A DNA stretch of 62,530 nucleotides, filler included, from Sphacelaria rigidula (GCA_964200075.2; 8 parts of 8 records of this genome joined end to end with filler, not necessarily neighbours in it), one strand, 5' to 3'. Counted from the whole stretch's first letter, positions 39,211 to 52,889 are shown. The notes: generated by a model not told the origin, from the sequence alone. Numbers and translations: made by a program.

Positions 39211-39615
39211 AGCCGCAGTAGCTGCGCACCTTTGGCATACAATCAGTACAGTTGTGGGTTCCAGTCTACAAGTTTCAAAACCATATCACGTGCGTTTCTT
39301 CACACCGATCCCAAGCTTGATCCCCATTCAACAAGCGTCGATCACATGAAACGATATAACGGTGAACGGACGTCGATGTGTCTGTTACACCTTCTTGACA
39401 TCAAAAACTATAGAATGGACAATGACAACATGACCTCATTTGACAAAACAATGACCAACGTCCAAGTTCGCCGAAGTATCGCTGAAACTGCCATGATTGT
39501 AGAGTAAAACGGGTATCATCAGCGTTGCAGGAATGCTGCCGTTGAAGAGATCACACGCCAATATGTCGGACATGCGCTTAACCTGTCATCATGTGTAATC
39601 TACATGAGCAAGACT

Positions 39616-40111
39616 TGTGGCAGGTTAAGGGCATCGCCCGGTCAAGGGCAATATTTGCGCTTAAGGGCATCTGGTCCGGTTTAAGGGCATCCGCCCCTGG
39701 TTACGAGCGTCCGCCGCTGACTATGGGCAACTGCCCCTGGTGAGGGACATCCGGTCCTGGTTACGGGCGTCCGCCGCTGACTATGGGCAACCGGTCGGTG
39801 TTATGGGCAACCGCTCCTGGATACGGACATCCGGTCACCGGGTTATGGGCGTATGATACAGGTGTATCCGGGTTATGGGCGTACGATACAGGTGAGTCCG
39901 CGTTGTGGGCATACGATACAGATGTCACCGAGTTATGGGCGTGCGGTACAGGGGCGGACGTCCGTAACCAGGGGCGGATGCCCTCCACCCGGACTGGATG
40001 CTCTTAACCAGAGGCGGATGCCCCTAGCCCGGACCGGATGCTCTTAACCAGGGGCGGATGCCCATAAGCGGGAAAATGCCATTCACCGGGCGATGCCCTT
40101 AATCTGCCACA
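39616..40111. mobile_element. TG...CA MITE with ~55-bp TIRs and internal ~27-bp minisatellite
   Basis: tgtggcaggttaagggcatcgcccggt pairs with accgggcgatgcccttaatctgccaca; flanks agact/agacg; internal gggcatcc/ggatgccc arrays are mirrored. Confidence 0.85.
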
Positions 40112-40374
40112 AGACGCAGGATGTGGGTTCACAGCGTCACGTGAACACCCCCAATTTCAACCCAGCTTCAATTCAGATTTCATGGGTCGGCCTACAACTG
40201 TACCGCTGGTATGCCTGTCACTCACCTCAGTAATATACAGCGTCAATACCAGATGAAGCATGTAAGATATCTGAAGTCCGGTGTGAACCTGCACGGTTTG
40301 GCGGGTGAGGGATTGGCGCATCATGTGGTCGTCATCGCTCATGCATCTTCATTCTGAAGGTAAGATGCCATAGG

Positions 40375-40585
40375 TGTAATGCGTGAGACGACCGCGTGCT
40401 TAGAGGACCGCATCGGAATTTGAACATTCCTATCGTTGGGGTTAGGGTTAGGGTTAGTGTTGGGGTTATGATCAGGGGCGTGGTACCTCCAGGGACTGAC
40501 TCGATTGGTTTTGAAAAACGTCGATCCTGAGGTGTTTTGAACAACGGCGTGGTCCTCTAAGCACGCGGTCCTCTCACGCATTACA
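40375..40585. mobile_element. TGTAATGCG-TIR MITE carrying TTAGGG repeats
   Basis: 35-bp TIR tgtaatgcgtgagacgaccgcgtgcttagaggacc / ggtcctctaagcacgcggtcctctcacgcattaca; internal gggttagggttagggttag; flanks atagg/atggg. Confidence 0.85.
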
Positions 40586-43500
40586 ATGGGTTGCAACGAC
40601 GCTGTATAATATTGCGCTACGAATGGCGAGGGCTGTGGTAGCAAGATGAATTGGTCAATCGGCTCTTACCATATGGGACTACTACCACGCTCCCTGTCCT
40701 CGCTACTACCCAAGCGTGTTTTTTGTAGTTGGGTCCACCATCAAGGTACAAGAGACGTGTCTCGATACGGGTATTTGTCCGTGCTACAGTCGGGATGCAT
40801 AGTCCGATATCTTCTGCGGACACTCTTTCTCTCTCACCCGGTCCATATCGATGTCCGATGTGTCGCACTCTTGCGCCAGAGAAGCTCATGTTTCCCGGCA
40901 ATACTGAGTATTTTGTACCTGTATGCTCGTTAACATTATTCCCTTGTACTACACTGCAAAAAAGTACCTCTGGAGGGACTCACAAAATGTATCTTCGTCG
41001 TCGGCTGGAACGCTGCGTATCCATATATCGTCACAGGCACCAACACAAGCATCATTACCACGGTACACACCACGTTGCGCACAAAAACCCGTCTGTAAAC
41101 TACCGTCGCCGAGCGGTTGTGCACCGAGCCGATCACCACGAGCGGCTTGAGGAAAAGCGCCAAGAGCGCGCCGAGCTGTGACGCATACAGAGAAAAACGG
41201 GGTGTTAGGAGGCGCGCTCAAGAACGTTAGTGCATGGGAAGTAAACAGCTACACTGTGCAGGAGCTCGTTCGATGTGATGCCGAAACAGGGGATACGGCT
41301 GTTCCGGAGTGATCAATTTTCACACTTTGTTCTCGATGGGAATGGTAGCACTCGACGTGAAAACAAGTCCGTTCATACGCAGACGCAGATGGCGTCGAAA
41401 CAAGTCACGAGTTCGGGTGTGAACATCACCTCAAGAGTCGAGAAGGCGACATGAGCCCGCACGCTCACAGACATGCGAGTATAAATAGGCGCACAGACAT
41501 GACGAAGCAAAATAAGGTCAACAGCACGCGTAGAAACAACTCCAGGGCTGAGAGAACCACAGTCCATTTTTTCTGCATGATGATATTCTGCGTGAGGTGA
41601 AGTCCAAGCCATGGAAAACAGTTCTTGAATTTTGAACACGGACGGCCACGGTGGGGCGGAAGCAAGGGTGCTATCGGCTGTGCTTGCTGTGGAGGCGGAA
41701 GTATGCCGTCGAGAGCACCACTTGAGACAGATTCAACCGTAGCTGTATTACATCGGTTTCTGGCGAAGAAGGACGGCTACTTGGTGCCTAGCTGCCGTGA
41801 CGGTCCGCCTACGTGCTCACGACTCTTGATATCAAATCAACAGTTCGTGGATAAGACACCCATCGTGATTCATGCTCTTGGCCGTGAATGAATGAAACCC
41901 TCTTCAACTTGGTCGAGATCACGGCATGCCGTAAATTCTCTGTTCAATAAACATCTTCTACATTCGTACAGTGGGCTAGATGTTCATCCGAACAGTTCAA
42001 GGCCACAATCAGCTTGAGCTTCGGTACGGACACGACAATCACGACTCTTCTCTTTGAGGTACCTGAAGCAGAAAAAAAATCTTGTTGAGCAGATACGTAA
42101 CGGCCAGTTGTTGCGCTTCGGAAGATGTAATCTCCTCGAGATTATCCGTGCACTCATTTTCCTGTGAACACGAGCGACACCGCAACAACTAAACGTCCAT
42201 GACACGGGCAGTATCGCAAAGTCACGCGAGTGGCGAGTTTATGCAAAACGTTGATGGAAGGTCTTACAGTTTATTTCCCGTCAAGGAGGCCGTGCACCGC
42301 AGCAGCTTCAAACAATCGCTTGGTTAAATTCGAATATGGACATGTATTCCGTTTACCAATATATTTTTCTCCACTATGTGTTGTGTGCTGTGTCAACATC
42401 CTATCTCGGTGCACGAGAAACGTGATGGGACAAGATTCAAGGTTCGAGTCGTGTTTCACCGCAGCATATGATATAAACGATGCAGGAATGAACCAATAGT
42501 GTTGTAACCGCGCTTCACGTGCGTGCGTTGACCAGGACCCACCACCACGGGAGCGGGAGCACATATTGTCTATCTTGATTCAACATGGTGCTGACGCTTT
42601 CGTTTTGTCAGCCTTTGCACTAGGTCTGCTGCAAGCTACGTGACCTCGTAACTTCGCTGCAGTATCCCGCCGTAACAAGCCATGGCAGCACGGCTTCTAC
42701 CTCAATGTCCACTATAACCCGTTGCTTGGATGAAATATGTCATGCATTCCAAACGATATACTCCAATGAAACGTTTTCATGAGCAATTATTTCGTTGAAC
42801 TATCATAGGTTGTACCGCAACTTGCTGTAGAGTCAGAAATCAAGTACAGAGATACAGACTGTTGCCTGGATTTGAAACATTGGACTACCGGGGCGCGGCA
42901 TTCGGACTTGGATTCAGTGGATATATGTGAGAAAACGTGGCCGGTTGGTCTACGGCAATATAATCTCACCTCCGTATCTACGCCACCGTGGTAAAGCAGC
43001 ACCAGGACTACGATCGAGGCGGGTCTGTGAAAGGATCAACACAGGCAAGAGGGCACGGGAGAAAGGTCACGACACGCAACGTCTAGCAAGCACAGACGAA
43101 GACGACAATAGTCAGATATATTAGGTGAAGGTAGGAAAGGGTGTCGCCTGTTACTGTCATATTCGGATCTGCTTCTTCAAACCGTGCCAATCCATCCCCG
43201 CTCAACGGGACGCGGGACACGGTGAGTGTGTATCATGCGGTATTTCATGTGTGGCTCCGAATCTTCTGGGGACGGGTCTGGGAACAGATCTGGAAACGAT
43301 CCTGTTGGACTGAACCAAGTCTATGGCGGGTAAAGTCGGCGACATTCATTGCGGGATGATTCTGTCGTCCAGAGATATCGGTTGTGCTTGCCCCTCTCGA
43401 TGTGGTGAGGCTAGGGGCCCCTCCCGGTTAGGGACTCTCTTTATGTTAGGGTCACTGGGGCCGGCATACGGACCCCTACCCCATTTGAGTGTGCGGTCTT

Positions 43501-44099
43501 CGTCATCTGCCGAGAATATCAAACCACTTTATCTACATCACATTTTTAGATCTCTTGTTGTGGGACGTTTGACTATACGAAAGGGACTGGATGGGTCGTT
43601 GGTTGTCACTGAACACTAAAGGTGATGATGTGACCTCACTGAGGCTAGCAGCCACCAACATACGTTGCCACCGTCTTCCCATATAGTGCAACCTCTATCT
43701 CAGATGCGGACATCCGACGTGTGCGTCCCTTTGGGACATTACATCGCACATCGATACCGTATCTGTTTGGGATTGGCACGCTTATCTTCGATATATCTCT
43801 GGAATATAATGTGAGCTGGGCCAACCGAAGAACGAATTTAACCTCTCACGTTCATATCTCATCGACAGGGACAAATCGGACCGTAATCTTATCAATCGTC
43901 TAGCGCAAGGGAAGATGTAATGTACCAAAAAGCCTGAACCATTTTTTCTCGTTAGTTAAAAGCCACGTCGAGTAACTAGTATACCGTACGGGGATAGGGT
44001 TTATTTAAAATGTACATGTATGTACGATATTGGGGGGGGGCTTCACAATGCGTACGGCATAGCCGGCACACAAGAGGGTTTGCCTCATCAAAGGAACCT

Positions 44100-46750
44100 C
44101 GATGCACTCGTAGCGAGACCTTTCGAGGACCTTGTGGTATAGCATCCTTGGTCGTCGGGAGTTCTGCGGCGTGAGGTATGCTTGTCGAGACACCTCAGCA
44201 GGAATTCCCGGTGGGCCTCCCGTGACGTGCCGTAATTGTCATGCGCGATTGTCTAGGTCACACAGCCGTGAAGCATTACCTCGATCACGTCGGCCTTTAG
44301 GAGACTAACTTTGGTGGTCAGGGCGATACACGGGTTGTTGTATAACGCTCTGCTGCAGTAATGAAAGCATGCCCAGGCCTGGCCAATGCGGTTGTGGATC
44401 TCAGGAATTACATCACCGATGCTGCTAACTTTGCCGCCGAAATGGACGAAACTCTCAGCCTGCTTTTACCTTTGGCCCGGCACCTCCACCTACAACACGT
44501 TTGCCTTCATTATTAGAGAGCGCATGTGCATAGTTCTCGTCTTCTTTCGGTACTATAAGGCCGAATGCCGCACATACTTCGACGACGCCAATCATCTCTG
44601 TTATGCTCAGTTGAGATCGCGAGGCGATGCCAGCGTCATCGGTGTATAGCATGGACCAAAGCGCTTTGCTACTTCCGTCCCTGGTCTTCCCGACCCTGTC
44701 AACGATGCGGATGAAATTCTGCGCCACCGCTTTAGTGATCGGGAAGCGGTCGAACTCGGAACCGCCCCGAACAAGATGTGAACCAGATCAAGGAGAGCAC
44801 ACAACCTTATCGTAGGCCCTTGTTAACGTTTAACCATTCAGATGTCTCGCCGCTGTCCAGGCGTACGCATGCCTGCACGCCGTCGTGGAACTGGCAGATG
44901 ATGGAAATCATCTTGGCAAGCATATCGTATCGTGCTAGCACCTTTCAGAGGAGCGCGGTCGACTTCGTTTTACGCCTTTTGGAGGTCGATAAGCGCATAG
45001 TATGGTGGATAACCCTTCTCTATAGCCAACTCCTGAACTGTGCGCACAACGTACATCATGTCGATTGTCGACTGGCTGGGTTGGAAGCCGCATTACGTCA
45101 TACGGTGAGCACGATACTGTGGAGGCACTTACGGATAGCAGAGTCCTCGGTGCGGCCAAGCTTCAACGATTCGCCACAGATGTTGCCCGTTTCGAGAGCT
45201 CCCTTCACGGCCTTACCATTCACCAGCTTGCCCATCACTTCCTTCACTTCTTCCATCGAGGGCTCGCCAGCGAGTGGTGCGTGCTCCCACATCTGTGAGA
45301 TGAGATCGGTGACAGAATGGTCGATCGTAGACGAGGTTGCGTTTAGAAGCGTTTCGAAACCCTCCTTCCACAGTCGCAGGATAGCTTGCTTGTCCCGCAA
45401 CAACTTGTCACGGCCCTGATATAGGTTGAGCCGGGCTTCTTGCCTTCCAGTTCCGAGACCGTGATACGTTGGTACAGTGCTGCTTGGTCCTTCTTGCGAG
45501 CAAACTCTGCTGTCCAGACGGGGAACTTGTCAACAAAGTTCTGCAGGTCACTGCTCTCCGCCCGTTTGAAATCTTTTCCCGTCAATTTCGGGGCCTTTTT
45601 CAGTTCAGGGTCTTCAGGGTTGGCGCATGGTTCCTCTCATGCGCGTTCCCGGAGATTCCACGCCTTTTGGAAGCGATTTTGAGCCCAGGGCGACTCACTG
45701 AATCCTCTGGTTAGGGGAATTCTCGGGCAGCGAAGGAGTGTTTCCGCCGCCGTCTGTCGCAGGGCGTTGGCGAAGAAAGATGTCATGTCCTTGACGTCTA
45801 GGACCGCGGTGGAGTTGCTGGCATTCCCGAGCTTGGCGAGAGTGGCCTGCAAAATAGTCGCTTGTCACCGTCGGTCGGATCCGAGGGCTGTCCGATCGAA
45901 GCGCCCACCGCTAAGCCAACCCTTCCGTTTTGGTCGGCGTTTGGGTGCGCTCTTTCCGATGAGACGGATTGTGGGTGAGACCAGTCGATGGTCGGATTTC
46001 ATCTGAAGGTGAACAATAACAGGATGGACGAGTCTGCGGTCTTGCTGCAGCACTAGAATGCAGTCCAGGCATCAGCAGTGTTCGACCTTCGGAGCCCGTT
46101 CACGTGTATGCGGTCAAACGTTTCCCGCGAGTTGGCGTGCTAGAAAAGGAGGCGACAGCCATCAAATGTTCACCAGCACAATTGAGTAGGCGTCTACCCT
46201 TAATATTCTGGGCGTCTCTGCCATACTCTCCTCATACCCGAACGGCACCCATGCCTCCTCCTTTTGGCCTTCCGGTACGAGTACTGGCATTCATCATGAG
46301 TACTAGGCGCTCGTTGGTGAGCACTTCGGCAATGAACTGCTGAGCGTCTTCCAGAACTTGCTCCTTTCAGAGCCGTGTACTGTCTCAGTGGGAGCATATC
46401 CTACGAAAAGGGTTGTGGCACTTCTATTCCCGAAAGCTACTCGTTCCTCACGTATCCTGGCACTCACGCATTTGGGGAACATGCCTTCTGGCAAGATCGA
46501 CTCCGAGCATTTCCGGTGCCCCCCAATCTCCATTGCAGTGACCGCTGCAGTGAACAATGTACCCTGCTGTTGGCACGTGGAAGATTGTTGTATCATCGCG
46601 ACGGCTTCCTTGAAGGGTGACGAAATCACAGTCGTACCTGGATGCAAAGAACAGCAACTCCTCTGCGTGGCCCGTGCCATGGATCGCTCTCTCGGCTATG
46701 GTCTGTACACTCCATGTGGCAACTACCAGCGTGTTGAACCGAGACATAAT
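44100..46750 (-). mobile_element. Degenerate LINE (APE endonuclease + RT, RTE-like)
   Basis: APE start NTLVVATWSVQT, VGYAPTE, SDHRLV; linker EPSMEEVKEVMGKLVNGKAV; RT MLYTDDAGIASRS. Many frameshifts. Confidence 0.85.
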
Positions 46751-47760
46751 CCATACAGCAGCGCAACTGGAGGGAGCCTGCGCCTTGGCTAGTCACCGAG
46801 CTGGCCCCCCCCCCCCCGCCCCCCCCCCCTCCCCTTCCTACTCCCGCCAATTGTCGCCGAGCCATCCCATCAGCNNNNNNNNNNNNNNNNNNNNNNNNNN
46901 NNNNNNNNNNNNNNNNNNTTAATTAATTAANNNNNNNNNNNNNNNNNNNNNNNNNNNNNNNNNNNNNNNNNNNNGAGCCTCTGAACCAGACAAAATTTCG
47001 CGAAAAAAGTGCACCCCTACCGTAGCATTGCTCATTTGTGCGGGATAACGTGAGACCAGGTTGTGTCCTTCATACGGCAGTCTGCCCAGTCACCGTACGA
47101 GGTATCGTACCGCTCATGTCCTTTGCCTCACCGAATCTTGCTGGCGATTAGAGGTGATGTAACCTGTGTTCCCCTACACCCAGGCGCATGGCTGCTCATG
47201 CACATACCGCGACTGCTCATACTAAAGCTGTCTGTGATACGTCGCTATGCGTGCCGTGCTGCGAAGCGACAGGCGCGCCATAATGTTGTTCCGTACCTTT
47301 CCCAGACTGTACCAAGCGTTACGGCTGCGCTGACTTTCGTCGTCGGCCAGTGCCTGCTACACTAGCTTGTGGTGCAAATTCCGTTTACGTTAATCGGGGG
47401 ATGCATTCATGAGTGATCCGTTACAACGGTTTGCATCAAGCTTAGGGGATACGGTCGACGTCGACTGTGCTTGGTGCAGTCCGGCAGCTGGCAAGGTGGT
47501 TATGGTAGTGTCCTTCTAGCGATGTCAACTTACAGTGCAATGGAGCAGAGTTTGCAGGTGAATATTTCGGCAATTGCGCCTCACCTACAATTCGCCCAGG
47601 TGTTCTGGGTTTTTTCCCGATATCACCGAGTAACACAGTCTTAGGCCAAGAAAAAAAAAAGCAAGTCAGGCCGGATGTTATGGCAAGCAGAGTTTTGGCC
47701 CACGGATTGTAATCGACCGCTCTGATGGGGGATAAGCGTTCACACAACTCAAGTGCGTGA

Positions 47761-48060
47761 TGTAGACCTAGCCACTATTAGCGGCCTTAATGAACGTTCA
47801 TTATAGACCTCTGTCACTCAAGATCAGATTGCCATGTGGACTCCTCCCATCACGGGCACATGGACTTCAGCAGCTTTAGTTATTTATGTATTAACCCTCC
47901 GCATAGTACAGGAGAACAGGATCATATAGCCTCTCTCCACCAAAGTGTCAAAACCAAGCCTACTCGCCATGGAAGTCACCATCACAGAGTCCGGCAATCA
48001 GACCCGCAACTCCACCTACAATGCCCCTGACCTTAAGCAACAATAGTGGCTAGGTCTACA
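47761..48060. mobile_element. 300-bp MITE inserted in the 3' LTR, 19-bp perfect TIR, 4-bp TSD GTGA
   Basis: tgtagacctagccactatt...aatagtggctaggtctaca; the empty site caagtgcgtgaacagc is present in the other LTR. Confidence 0.93.
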
Positions 48061-48401
48061 GTGAACAGCAGTCAGCATCTTGGCTCTGGTAAATAGAAGT
48101 AGTTATATATAGTTCTGAAACATGTCTTTATTATCTCTTCACCTCGTTGACTCCTTCAGACTTCACCCCATCTCATTCAGTCACACAATAACACACGCTG
48201 AATATCCCTCACTCAGTACCACACACACTGACTCACCACATACACTTATATAGACCCCAGAGCAAGGCAGGCAGTTGGCACCCGAACCAAGAACCAGGAT
48301 GGACTGATCGAAGTGGGCGATGGGCACCCAGGTAGCTTGCACTGCACACGTGACTGTACTCGCATAATCTACGTCATTAGACATTATTCCTCTGATTGGT
48401 T

Positions 48402-48640
48402 GAGTGATGCTGAGATAGGGTCTGCACTTTTGGGGCCAAAACCGGCCTGGGAAAATTCAATATCCGAAAACATTGTGACCTCCGCCCGAACCTCAGACTG
48501 GAATTATATCATGGGGTCATGGATGCATGTTCCACCCTGAGGCTCTAAGAACTGTGGTGAGAGTCAAAGGTGATTCGACATGCCTAAATCCCGATTTCCT
48601 CTCAGGCCGCAAAAGCGCAGACCCTATCGCAGCATCTCTC
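48402..48640. mobile_element. 239-bp GAG...CTC MITE inserted in the 3' LTR, 4-bp TSD GGTT
   Basis: gagtgatgctgagatagggtctgc / gcagaccctatcgcagcatctctc; the empty site tgattggttacc is present in the other LTR. Confidence 0.92.
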
Positions 48641-48829
48641 GGTTACCAAATCCTCCGCAATTGCAACATGGTGCATGCTATTCGTACCGCACTGTATCCC
48701 ACATCAACCTCGTTCACGGCAGAGCGCGAGCATAGTCAATTAGCCCCCCTGTTCACGGCTCAGCCATGATTTGAAAACCTATACTGTTGAAACCGGAATG
48801 GAAAAATAATAACCCTACAAAAAAACGAA

Positions 48830-49140
48830 AATATCTCAAGCCATGCTCAAACTCCACAAATATATAATATAAAAAATCATAAATTACCCAGAAAATAGTA
48901 CCAATACTTTATGCCCGCCAAAACCTTCATGACTTATCTCAAGTCATATTCAAATAAAAAAATATAAAACATGAAAACTGAATTTACCCAGGAAACAGTA
49001 CCTCCAATATTCTATGCCCCCCAAAACCTATGTCACTTATATTGAGTCATGCTCAAAATTCAAAAATATAATATATAAAAACTGAATTTACCCAGAAAAT
49101 AGTACCTCCAGTATTTTATGCCCACCAAAACCTATATCAC
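48830..49140. repeat. AT-rich ~100-bp tandem repeat (x3) in the 3' UTR of the Copia-type element
   Basis: Units of aatttacccag.aaa.agtacc...tatgccc.ccaaaacct. Confidence 0.75.
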
Positions 49141-50809
49141 TCTCCCCTCAGCAAATCCTAAAATGCCCAGTGAAGCATGCCACTCATCAACTACTGCAAG
49201 TCTGATGACTTATCAAATAAATCACTACTGCCAGACAGTAGTCGCATAAAAGTGCATCTTCACATAACCGATGGGTGTCAAACCTCGAACAAAAGCCATG
49301 CAATGTATAAACCTACTGATAAGCTGGAGATGTCAACATCTATCTCCGACCTCTGCGTTCCCCCTCTGGTCAAAAGCCTCGAATCCATCTTCGCGCTCCA
49401 TTCCATTCAATATACTCCTCCGTATTTTCATGCCATTTTCCTGCCTCCCTGCTTCCTTGCCCCCCCTGCTTCCTTTCGCCCCCCAGCTTCCTTGTGCCCC
49501 CCCAGCTTCCTTGACTGTCCGTACTCAACCACATAGGAGTCCCTACGCGCCCTCCCTCACATATGACCGACACCGCACCATGCGTGAAAAGATTTTCGCT
49601 GATAGAGTCGGTGGTAGCGGCAGCGGCAGCGGTTGTCGTTAACTTGCTGGCGATGTTGTTGGCAGAGGAGGTGGTAGTGGAGGCGACTGCGGTGTTGTCG
49701 GCGATGATAAAGGGGCTGGGAATGCAGAGGGTTGTCGCGTGTGGTGCAACCGCGGGACTGTTACAAACAGAATCTGTATAGTGTTAGGGTTCTCGGCATT
49801 GGGCGTCGCAACTGGCTTACAGACAGGCGATATGTCTCGTGGTCTCGAGCAAGCATCCAGTTGAGTCATTTCATGCGCATGCAAATGCGTGATGACTAAT
49901 ATACCATGTTGATTATGCCGGAACATGCCTCAACTACACATCTGTTTGTGCACTGAATTCATTCATCATTATACTATCGTGACGACCAATTTCAAATACT
50001 GACGTACCGAGTATGGTTCAGGGATCCGCACTGTATTGTCTCACCGTGTTCAGCGACCAACCCTCAAAAGCATAGCCAGAGGAAATACGTCCAACGCAGT
50101 ACAGTGATCGCAGCTCCAGAAGCGATTCAGCTCCTCTTTCATGGTGGTGGTTTTGATAGCCTCATCAATCAGATTCACATAAGCTCTTCGCTCGTTGCTT
50201 GCTCGTCTTCAAGAAAGTAAAACCAAGGATCGCAAAGGATCATGAAAACCACGGTGCGCACGGAGGCGTGTCTGTAACCGTTACAACGGACACCACCCCC
50301 TCTCCTCTAGTTGGAATACCCGTAGGTCACATCAACTAGCCTTCCGAGCCCATCAGTCGAATAGCTGGGCTCATCATTGTACTACCCTTCCTCCATGTAT
50401 GCCGCGATCCATAACAGGGCTGTTGGAGCGGGAATCAACCGCGGAACTGTAGGAGCAGGAGTAGGAAGTGTAGCTGTGGTAGTAGGTGGTATCGGTGGTG
50501 ATGCGGCAACGGGGAAGGGTGACGATAGTTTCGGTATACAGGCGGCGTTGGCGACGTAATCAATGTTGCGTCGCCCCCCCCCGCCGTCGAGCGACGCCGC
50601 TGTGGGAACTTGCTGACGAGTCACCGTCGACGCGACGCTGTTGGTGATGCCCATTTTACGTTGTGGTTGGTCGTCCATGGGGGGTCGTTGGTTGGGTGCC
50701 AGTGCCATGTGCCTTCTCTCCCCCTCACTCAAATCCCCAACACTTGAAAACCGAGTGCCAGGATATTCGCGGAAATTTTGGTTGACACTCACAGCCCGGG
50801 GGGGGAAAG

Positions 50810-51130
50810 CAGAATTTGGGTGGATCTTACCGACATCAATTCGCTGTTGATCAGAAGTAAAATCCGGGGAAATCTTGCGGACACTATCTCGTTGAGGAGC
50901 AGAATTAAAACCTGGGGGAATCTCCCTGACACCAACTCGCTGTGGAATAGAAGCGAAATCTGTGGGAATCTCACCGACATCAACTCGCTGTTGGTCAGAA
51001 GCACTATCCGGGAGAATCTTACGGGCACTATCTCGTTGGGGAGAAGAATCAAAATCTGGAGGAAACTTACGGACACCAACTCACTGTTGACCAGAATCAA
51101 AACCCGGGGGAATCTTACTAACATTAGCTT
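50810..51130 (-). repeat. 48-bp (16-codon) tandem repeat downstream of the protease
   Basis: Units ggg.aatct.ac.gacacca.ctcg.tgt.ga..agaa; reads as PP(G/D)FxSxxQRxxVRKI-like repeats. Confidence 0.8.
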
Positions 51131-51249
51131 GTTGTGGGATGGATATAGTGTCACTCTCGGTGGCGACAACAGGGGTGACTACTAGAAGCTGTCCGTAGGT
51201 TGATGGTAGGCGTGTGGCAGAAGCTGTCCGTAGGTGGTGGTAGGCGTGT

Positions 51250-52200
51250 TCAACATCAACTGCAGCTGCAGCCTACCACCACCACGGAACATCTCCCCCA
51301 CTACACGTCACCTCCATCATCCAATCACCACCCACCACCGTCTTCACAACACAATCAATCCCAATACAATTCCTCATCAACCGCACCACAGACCTATTAC
51401 CCATCACAACATCCACCGCCAGACCGATCCCACCATGATCCTTCCACCGCTGCACCACCACCACCATACTCGTCACTCCACCACGAGTCATTCGGCCAAT
51501 ATAACCATCCGGTAAACCCACACCAAACGTCAACTGCCAATCTGCCGCGTGCTGATAACCCTGGTGGTGATGTATGCATGGCACTTGCTGCCACACCAGA
51601 AAAATCAGTTTTCAATTTGGGAAATTTCGATGTGAAGGGTAGGATGTTGCATCAGATGAAATCTCCGCCTCTTTCTGACTCAGAAATATGGACTGCAGAC
51701 TCGGGTACAACGCACCACATTACAGGCAACATGACCGACGTTTTCGATACTCGTCCTCCACCAGAGGGGGAAGGGAATGTTATTCTAGGGGATGGTAGAG
51801 TGCTACCGGTCAAGGCTGTAGGGAGTCTCAAGTTGAGAGTTTATCAAGCACGTGCGAACAACCCCCCCCATGTTGATGCAGTATGTGTACTCCGGACGGA
51901 TGTGTATGTTTTGAAGGGAATCCAGTTCAACCTCATCTCTATCCATAGGGCTCGAAAGAGCCAACAAGTCATCTGCGATAAAACAGGTGTGCATCAGTTC
52001 GACGGCAAACTACGTTTCGACTACAACGATCGTTCATCATCACAATTTGCCACACGCCTGCCATCAACCTACGGACAGCTTCTAGTAGTCACCCCTGTTG
52101 TCGCCACTGAGAGTGACACTTTATCCATCCCACAACAAGCTAATGTTAGTAAGATTCCCCCGGGTTTTGATTCTGATCAACAGCGAGTTGGTGTCCGTAA
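51250..52200 (+). CDS. Copia-type His/Pro/Gln linker and aspartic protease, inverted relative to gag
   Basis: WTADSGTTHHITG...VILGDGRVLPVKAVGSL...VYVLKGIQFNLISI; bounded by a 153-bp inverted duplication (51067-51219 / 52048-52200). Confidence 0.85.
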
Positions 52201-52889
52201 GTATGGTATTGTACGGTGTGGGCGTAACCGGCGTCGTTGAAAGATTCGTCCTTATAGACAAAGTTATCAACGCTCTCATGGTGCTGGTAGGCGGGATCAG
52301 TCTGCTGAACGGTGTTGGCTTGTGGTGAATGTTTGTGAATTTGGTGTTGTGGATGCGGGTAATGGGATTGTGGTGATGTATGGTTGGTTGGGTGGTTGGA
52401 CTGTTGTTGGTGGTGGGTTGGTTGATATTGCTAAGTTTGGTGATGCTGGGCGTTGTGATGCTGTGCGTGGTGCTGGCGAGGAGGGCAGTTGGGACAATTA
52501 AAAGGGCAACGAATTTGGTAGGTTCGTTGAATAGGTTGGTGTACCCGACCACGACCTGGTCCCGAATGATTCCACGGACTGTGTGGTCGCTATGGCTGTT
52601 GTCTCGGGGAATACCATCCCCCTCGACCTCCATGATCACTGCCGATGTGTTGCGGTGAACCATTAGATTGGTGTGGGTTTGGAGGGATGTGGTGGTTGTG
52701 TTGGTTTTGGGGATTGTGGGAGCTGCGGTTCCCCCCGTTCTGCCATCGGCCAGATGATTCATGGCCCCTTCCACCAGTACTAGACGCGGAAAGTGCATGG
52801 TTCAAGGTTGTTTTCTGCCTTCCTTTCAACAATTGCGCTTCTGCATACGCATTTCCTAGCTTGCGGGTTACCTCATCTATGCGTATCTC

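Noticed and set aside
39660-40070. CRISPR-like repeat array
   Set aside because: Degenerate contiguous minisatellite without unique spacers, inside a TIR element in a eukaryotic context with no cas genes.
40437-40467. True telomere
   Set aside because: Only about three TTAGGG units, internal to a TIR-bounded element.
41100-41470. Two possible minus-strand exons (RAHVAFSTLEVMFTPELVTCFDAIC / LGALLALFLKPLVVIGSVHNRSAT)
   Set aside because: Splice-like signals are present, but the blocks are too short with no family match or further exons.
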